Of a DNA stretch of 64,000 nucleotides, positions 62,701 to 64,000 are shown in pieces; the stretch's first letter is position 1, and the number at the start of each line of letters is the position of its first letter. The notes under the pieces are model-generated. The model did not search any database. It worked only from the letters and a program-made list of their open reading frames with translations, and was not told the DNA's origin. Source of the stretch: Octopus bimaculoides. Lineage: Eukaryota. The stretch is taken from positions 56,254,518 through 56,318,517 of the forward strand of contig NC_068989.1 in assembly GCF_001194135.2 (NCBI RefSeq). The letters are read 5' to 3'. Made by a program: the position numbers and the translations under genes.

Positions 62701-63497
62701 CCTTTTACTTGTTTCAGTCAATAGACTCTGGCCATGCTGGGGCATCACCTTGAAGAACTTTCAGTCAAATGAATCAATCCCAGTATTTTTAAGAAGCCTG
62801 GTACTTATTCTATCAGTGTCTTTTGCCAAACTGCTAAGTTACAGGGACGTAAGCACACCAACACCAGTCGTCAAGCAGTGGTAGGGGACAAACACAGACA
62901 CAATGACACACACTCCACACCAGAAATGTTGAGCCCGATCCTTCTGGTGGTGTAAAGCACTTGTGGTGGTGCCACATAAAAGCATCCAGCGCACTCTGTA
63001 AAATGGTTGGTTAGGAAGGGTGTCCACCCATAGAAATCATGCCAAATCAGACTGGAGTTTGGTGCAGGCCTCCAACTTGCCAGTTCTGGTCCAACCGTCA
63101 AACCCATGCCCACATGGACAATGGACATTAAATGATGATGATGATGACATATGTAATGGGCTTCTTTTAGTTTCTATCTACCAAATCCACTTACAAGAAC
63201 TTTGGTCGGCCCAAGGCTATAGTAGAAGACACTTGCAAAGGTTTCACACAGTGGGACTGAACCTGGAACCATATGGTTAGGAGGCAAGGAAATTCTAAGG
63301 ACTACAATAATTTATTTTTCTCTTTTTTTAAATTTTTATTTAAAGCAAACAACTGAAAATTTGTCAAAGCTAAACAAGGAATAGTCATAGACTAATGATT
63401 GAAATACAAACCATCTGGTCTTCCTCATTGCCATTGATATAGTCCCTATCGGGCAGCATTGGGGGCAGCCCAAATATAGCTTGATTAATCTTGACAT
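3329..63497 (-). CDS. ATP13A3: P5B-type ATPase gene (ATP13A2/ATP13A3-like), 15 exons, 3' part lies outside the window
   Basis: 15 GT-AG exons join in frame without stops (553 codons from ATG 63459). Motifs: N-terminal YINxxEEDQM|[27 protein letters not shown]|ES, PPALP (P5B TM4 signature), FDK|[18 protein letters not shown]. Orthology among ATP13A2-5 cannot be resolved from sequence alone. Confidence 0.95.
4601..4912 (+). mobile_element. tRNA-derived SINE family D, full length
   Basis: GTGTGGCTTAGTGGTTAGGG (A box), GAGTTCAATTCC (B box), GTGTCCTTGA..AAGACACTTTATTTCA; inverse copy at 46100-46413. Confidence 0.85.
6092..6153 (-). CDS. ATP13A3: P5B ATPase exon 14 ([20 protein letters not shown])
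   Basis: 62 nt, TTTCAG|ACT ... GT|GTAAGC. Confidence 0.96.
7025..7616. mobile_element. piggyBac-type MITE with a nested TIR element
   Basis: TTAA at 7021-7024 and 7617-7620; termini (C)CCTTTAGTATT / AATGATATAGGG; the uninterrupted left part recurs at 40807-40915. Confidence 0.75.
7052..7418. mobile_element. Non-autonomous TIR element nested in the piggyBac MITE
   Basis: ~45-bp imperfect TIRs each containing three GACAATT subrepeats; flanked by a TGTCA duplication (7047-7051, 7419-7423) that restores the host MITE when removed. Confidence 0.75.
7873..8073 (-). CDS. ATP13A3: P5B ATPase exon 13 ([67 protein letters not shown])
   Basis: 201 nt, TTAAAG|GTT ... AAG|GTAAGA; PPALP and the phospho-Asp of DKTGT. 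Confidence 0.98.
8290..8620 (-). mobile_element. SINE with a family D head and middle but a different 3' domain
   Basis: Shares CTGAGTGAACTGGAGCAACGTGAAATAAAGTGTCTTGCTCAAG with 46300-46340, then diverges. Confidence 0.75.
9079..9585. other. Assembly gap; other gaps at 14934-14973, 30986-31168, 34567-34664, 47340-48153 and 56303-56349
   Basis: N runs, five of six abutting (AT)n tracts. No exon appears to be missing in them because all exon phases join. Confidence 0.98.
9735..10225. mobile_element. Two family A SINEs tail-to-tail (9735-9940 +, 9962-10225 -)
   Basis: ..CAAATGACTGAAACAAGTAAA / TTTTACTTGTTTCAGTCATTTG..; ~200-bp inverted arms. Confidence 0.85.
10372..10517 (-). CDS. ATP13A3: P5B ATPase exon 12 ([49 protein letters not shown]; TM3)
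   Basis: 146 nt, CTCCAG|GG ... ATG|GTAAGT. Confidence 0.96.
11836..12400 (+). mobile_element. RTE-type LINE C-terminal fragment (different family)
   Basis: [25 protein letters not shown] / [23 protein letters not shown], typical RTE post-RT motifs. Confidence 0.8.
13261..13375 (-). mobile_element. Family A SINE head fragment
   Basis: CTACCAAATCCATTCACAAG..GACACTCGCCCAAGGTGC. Confidence 0.7.
13469..13642 (-). CDS. ATP13A3: P5B ATPase exon 11 ([12 protein letters not shown]...[28 protein letters not shown])
   Basis: 174 nt, TCTCAG|GT ... G|GTGAGA; completes TGES. Confidence 0.97.
13769..13935 (+). mobile_element. Family A SINE head fragment
   Basis: GGCATGGCTGTGTGGTTAAGA..CCCAACCATGTG..AAAGCCTTGTGAGTAGATTTGG. 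Confidence 0.75.
14361..14517. mobile_element. Short TIR element with AAGTTCAC subterminal repeats
   Basis: TACAGG.AAA(G)TTCACC..ATCAATTCAC on the left and its reverse complement on the right. Confidence 0.5.
15044..15175 (-). CDS. ATP13A3: P5B ATPase exon 10 ([45 protein letters not shown]; actuator domain)
   Basis: 132 nt, CTACAG|AC ... G|GTATGC; LVPGD and NES-LTG motifs. Confidence 0.97.
17220..19120 (+). mobile_element. Decayed Ty3/Gypsy LTR retrotransposon pol (RT, RNase H, integrase); may extend upstream to ~16.3 kb
   Basis: RT: [38 protein letters not shown]. RNase H: [38 protein letters not shown]. Integrase: [36 protein letters not shown] order. No LTRs identified. Confidence 0.85.
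21030..22560 (-). mobile_element. Third, older copy of the same RTE-clade LINE
   Basis: The reverse complement of 21030-21440 aligns with the PHD/RT region ([23 protein letters not shown]). 21900-22400 gives the APE-RT linker (..[27 protein letters not shown]). Confidence 0.75.
28050..28250 (-). mobile_element. CR1/Jockey-group LINE C-terminal fragment
   Basis: [41 protein letters not shown] (G..LFN.LP..IR.......FK..LD..L motif). Confidence 0.6.
29548..29970 (-). mobile_element. Two family C SINE copies around a (CAG)n(TAG)n tract
   Basis: AAAGGTAAAGTCAACCTTGACAGAATTTGAACTCAGAA..TGCCAGCTCGCCACC. Confidence 0.8.
31332..31410 (-). tRNA. tRNA-like pseudogene or SINE head (possible Thr-CGT ancestry)
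   Basis: Acceptor stem GGCAGTT/GGCTGCC, D stem GCTT/GAGC, T arm GTGAG-TTCGAGT-CTCAT. The anticodon stem is mismatched, position 33 is G, and 4 extra nt precede the acceptor 3' strand. Followed by a T8 terminator. Confidence 0.5.
32230..33270 (-). mobile_element. Cluster of three family C SINEs in opposite orientation, interleaved with (AAT)n and a family D fragment
   Basis: Reverse-complement copies at ~32230-32420, 32433-32648 and 33072-33270. Confidence 0.85.
34900..35350. repeat. Degenerate ~35-bp minisatellite (about 12 units; about 3 more at 34215-34330)
   Basis: Recurring ATGATACTC(C/T)TATATGACTG(A/T)(T/A)GAGTAGTAAAT. Confidence 0.75.
35385..35580. repeat. ~195-bp segment repeated directly at 36671-36977 (that copy carries the 108-bp MITE)
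   Basis: GT.(A/G)AGGAAGTTAGAT..AACTGCTTTGTTTATTTAATT..TTTGACAGATCCTATTATAATAGACAT..CAAAATACAGAAGGG in both copies. Confidence 0.9.
36151..36214 (-). CDS. ATP13A3: P5B ATPase exon 9 ([21 protein letters not shown])
   Basis: 64 nt, ATACAG|ATG ... A|GTAAGT; V-x-V-C-R motif; followed by a 20,975-nt intron. Confidence 0.92.
36385..36600 (+). mobile_element. Family C SINE in intron 8; other + copies at 8860-9005 and 40095-40310
   Basis: GCGGTGAGCTGGCAGAATTGTTAGCATGC.. through GGCAAAATTTGAAACC. Confidence 0.85.
36758..36865. mobile_element. 108-bp piggyBac-type MITE
   Basis: TTAA TSDs (36754-36757, 36866-36869); TIRs CCTTTAGCACAC / GTGTGTTAAAGG; empty site visible in the paralogous segment at 35468-35471. 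Confidence 0.85.
38411..38545 (-). CDS. ATP13A3: P5B ATPase exon 8 ([45 protein letters not shown]; TM1-TM2)
   Basis: 135 nt, TTTGTAG|ATC ... AAA|GTAAAT. The W-x-x-D-x-Y-x-x-Y pattern of the ATP13A2 luminal polyamine pocket is retained. Confidence 0.96.
38670..39770 (+). mobile_element. Head-to-tail array of five family C SINEs separated by (ATT)n
   Basis: Units start AAGG(C/T)G(A/G)TGAGCTGGCAGAAT at ~38670, 38897, 39104, 39345 and 39612; shared GAGTTCAAATT..GACTTTGCCTTTCATCCTTT.GGGGTCGATAAA.TAAGTACCAG body. Confidence 0.88.
40807..40915. mobile_element. Left half of the same piggyBac-type MITE, truncated at a (GGAA)n tract
   Basis: TTAA|CCCTTAAGCATTCTGATTACTC.. matches 7025 onward without the nested insert. 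Confidence 0.7.
40921..41070. repeat. Compound purine microsatellite (GGAA)n(GGTA)n(GATA)n
   Basis: Direct reading. Confidence 0.95.
41502..41571 (-). CDS. ATP13A3: P5B ATPase exon 7 ([24 protein letters not shown])
   Basis: 70 nt, CTTCCAG|T ... GAG|GTATCT; LYGxNxI motif. Confidence 0.93.
41770..42080 (+). mobile_element. CR1/L2-group LINE 3' end
   Basis: [30 protein letters not shown] (FF..R...WN.LP..VV....FK motif), then a 3' UTR and (ATT)n tail. Confidence 0.75.
42407..42675 (-). mobile_element. tRNA-headed element: tRNA-like head + (AAT)n + Penelope-type hammerhead segment
   Basis: Minus strand GGGCATATGGTATAGTGGTTAAGAGC (A box) .. AGTTCAATTCC (B box) .. (AAT)n .. CTGATGAAGGCTG..TAGCTGAAACGTTGTGT. 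Confidence 0.75.
42472..42515 (-). ncRNA. Minimal type I hammerhead ribozyme (Penelope-like)
   Basis: ACAC-CUGAUGA-A-GGCUG/UAGCU (stem II)-GAAAC-GUU-GUGU. Stem I 4 bp; stem III is the palindrome AACGUU. Predicted cleavage between 42476 and 42475. Confidence 0.7.
42678..42758 (-). pseudogene. Duplicated copy of exon 5 ([27 protein letters not shown]), acceptor intact, native donor lost
   Basis: Aligns ungapped to 45097-45177 with 4 substitutions, all nonsynonymous (Q>H, I>F, V>I, G>A). Part of a ~486-bp duplicated block. Confidence 0.9.
42678..43163. repeat. ~486-bp direct duplication of 45097-45583 (exon 5 plus upstream intron)
   Basis: Near-colinear high-identity match, offset ~2420 bp. 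Confidence 0.95.
43565..43930 (+). mobile_element. RTE-type LINE 3' end fragment with (ATGG)n tail
   Basis: [30 protein letters not shown], the G-R-P-x-x-R-W C-terminal RTE motif. Confidence 0.7.
44033..44200. repeat. ~43-bp minisatellite, 4 units, abutting the exon 6 donor
   Basis: (C/T)TGAAAG starts at 44036, 44079, 44123 and 44165. Confidence 0.9.
44205..44279 (-). CDS. ATP13A3: P5B ATPase exon 6 ([25 protein letters not shown])
   Basis: 75 nt, TTCTCAG|A ... CG|GTAAGT; GL(D/E)...GLT motif. Confidence 0.92.
45095..45177 (-). CDS. ATP13A3: P5B ATPase exon 5 ([27 protein letters not shown])
   Basis: 83 nt, TTTTGCAG|CAC ... AG|GTAAGA; KYIWD motif (KYFWN / RYIWI in vertebrate P5B). Confidence 0.9.
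46100..46413 (-). mobile_element. Family D SINE, full length
   Basis: Reverse complement of 4601-4912. Confidence 0.85.
46609..46705 (-). CDS. ATP13A3: P5B ATPase exon 4 ([33 protein letters not shown])
   Basis: 97 nt, strong polypyrimidine tract TTCACAG, donor TCG|GTATGC. Phase 2 to 0 exactly bridges exons 3 and 5. Falls in the poorly conserved N-terminal loop. Confidence 0.75.
47034..48481 (+). mobile_element. Helentron/DINE-like non-autonomous element pieces on either side of a gap (47034-47115, 48155-48481)
   Basis: 5' ACTAGCAG..CCCGGCGTTGCCCGGG hairpin; 3' AAATTTGAATGAAATTGG..GTAGTT.TCGAG..(CAGA)n..TTTATATATATAGAT. Family assignment is from recalled motif pattern only. Confidence 0.45.
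48509..48567 (-). CDS. ATP13A3: P5B ATPase exon 3 ([19 protein letters not shown])
   Basis: 59 nt, TTTTAAG|GAC ... AG|GTTTGT; D-x-x-K-x-W-F motif; phase 0 to 2. Confidence 0.88.
49367..49462 (-). ncRNA. Second hammerhead-like motif (C3U core variant)
   Basis: UUUAAAAUUUUAC-UUGAAGA-U-GGU..45 nt..ACC-GAAA-CAGCUG-UU-GUAAAUUUUAAA. Stem I 12 bp with one bulge; palindromic stem III ACAGCUGU. Confidence 0.55.
49908..52041 (+). mobile_element. RTE-clade LINE, 5'-truncated and decayed (RT, PHD insert, 3' UTR, (GAT)n tail)
   Basis: Translates to [50 protein letters not shown] (50701, YADD decayed)..KTKV..FSYL.D..; contains stops and frameshifts; ends in ATGATGATG tail. Confidence 0.93.
51607..51720 (+). 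repeat. 42-bp tandem repeat x3 in the LINE 3' region
   Basis: GTTGG(G/A)CCT.AC.GAGGCAA at 51607, 51649 and 51691. Confidence 0.9.
52540..52859. mobile_element. Foldback element with inverted tRNA-like cores
   Basis: Outer TIR AATGGTATTTTTATAAGCTTA (52540-52560 / 52838-52859); inner 94-bp arms 52637-52730 / 52745-52838 with a 14-nt loop; arms carry A-box-like and B-box-like motifs. Confidence 0.8.
53329..53496 (-). CDS. ATP13A3: P5B ATPase exon 2 ([56 protein letters not shown])
   Basis: 168 nt, TTTCAG|GAA ... CAG|GTAAAT; P5B N-terminal membrane-associated domain. Confidence 0.95.
54176..55485 (+). mobile_element. Second copy of the same RTE-clade LINE (3' 1.3 kb) with intact PHD finger at 54245-54376
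   Basis: [87 protein letters not shown]; colinear with 50800-52040. Confidence 0.93.
55141..55338 (+). repeat. 66-bp tandem repeat x3 in the LINE 3' UTR
   Basis: AAAAAGCACC at 55188, 55254 and 55320. Confidence 0.9.
55525..55895 (+). mobile_element. Family A SINE directly after the RTE tail and (AT)n
   Basis: Head GCTGTGTGGTTGAGAAGC..GGTTCAGTCCC..GGCACCTTGGGCAAGTGTC, through tail ..ATGACTGAAACAAGTAA. Confidence 0.85.
57905..58275 (+). mobile_element. Family A SINE (reference copy); further partial copies near 20700-20845(-), 25575-25800(+), 36975-37105(-), 56575-56710(-), 63815-63965(+)
   Basis: B box GGTTCAGCCCC, CORE-like GCACCTTGGGCAAGTGTCTT, internal (TA/TG) microsatellite, conserved 3' domain. 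Confidence 0.85.
58526..58792. mobile_element. Second foldback element of the same family
   Basis: ~130-bp arms around the centre CTTAT-GAAA-ATAAG (58651-58664); the left arm is colinear with 52550-52670 (TATAAGCTT..GAAAATAGT.TAATA.TGGG.CATATAA..GGGA.TCGAACC). Confidence 0.8.
59090..59240. promoter_or_regulatory. CpG-rich patch with two CGCATGCG (NRF1/Ewg-like) motifs
   Basis: TGCGCATGCGT at 59097-59107 and ACGCATGCGT at 59114-59123; about a dozen CpGs in 150 bp of otherwise CpG-poor DNA. Confidence 0.4.
60905..61278 (-). mobile_element. Two tandem family C SINEs
   Basis: GGATGAAAGGCAAAGCTGA..TTTGAACTCAGAA..TGCCAGCTTGCTGCCTT, twice. Confidence 0.8.
62700..63290 (-). mobile_element. Family A SINE interrupted by a + strand RTE 3'-tail insertion (~62915-63146)
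   Basis: The tail half (62700-62905) and head half (63155-63290) flank the RTE tail sequence. Confidence 0.8.
63412..63497 (-). CDS. ATP13A3: P5B ATPase exon 1 in window (..[28 protein letters not shown]); candidate start ATG at 63459
   Basis: Acceptor TTTCATTACAG, donor ATG|[16 protein letters not shown] matches the human ATP13A3 TINQGQEDEM|EIYGY junction. Phase 0 into exon 2. May also be coding from an upstream exon. Confidence 0.8.
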
Positions 63498-63965
63498 CTG
63501 TAATGAAATAAAAAACAAACATGAAACAAACTAGACATAAAAAGAAACAAAGGAAATCATTATAAAACATTGTGCTGTAGCTTGGCCATCACTTGCAAGT
63601 GAGTATGACTTAATAGCTCATACTGCACTTTTGCTTGTTGTTTTAGGTACCTATGTAGTCACGAACAGATATAGACACACCCTGTCGTGTGCTCCAACCC
63701 TTGACTCAGAAGAATATGCAAAATATGACTGCTAGAAGAGGGGAGACAGACAGACAGAGACAAAGAAACACAGAGAGATAGAGAGTAGAACTTTACCAGC
63801 AAAAATAAAAATGAGATGGCTGTGTGGTCAAGAAGCTTCTTTCAGAACCATGTGGTCTTAGGGTCACCCTCTGCATAGTACCTTGAGCAGGTATCTTCTA
63901 CTATAGCTCCAGACTGACAAAAGCCTTGAGAATGGATTTATCAGAGAGAAACCGAAAGAAGCATG

Positions 63966-64000
<35 letters not shown>

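Overview
AT-rich, microsatellite- and SINE-dense animal genomic DNA with six assembly gaps. The repeat families look octopod (Octopus-like); this is inference from repeat appearance only. The whole window is the 5' half of one minus-strand gene, a P5B-type ATPase (ATP13A2/ATP13A3-like, polyamine-transporter family). I reconstructed 15 exons by hand (63497 down to 3329), all GT-AG and phase-compatible. They give 553 uninterrupted codons from ATG 63459 and contain the TGES, PPALP, DKTGT and GDPID motifs. The gene continues beyond position 1. The introns hold three copies of an RTE-clade LINE with a PHD finger inserted inside the reverse transcriptase, a decayed Ty3/Gypsy element, CR1/L2-type fragments, piggyBac-type MITEs and at least four tRNA-derived SINE families. 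The most interesting items are: (i) a tRNA-headed element carrying a Penelope-type minimal hammerhead ribozyme, fused to a duplicated copy of exon 5; (ii) a second hammerhead-like motif, also on the pre-mRNA strand; (iii) the PHD-in-RT LINE; (iv) a foldback family with tRNA-like cores; (v) inverted SINE pairs around exons; (vi) a Glu codon at a normally conserved Gly that A-to-I editing could restore. Exon, ribozyme and TSD coordinates were counted by hand. Most repeat boundaries are approximate (within tens of bp). No database searches were run.
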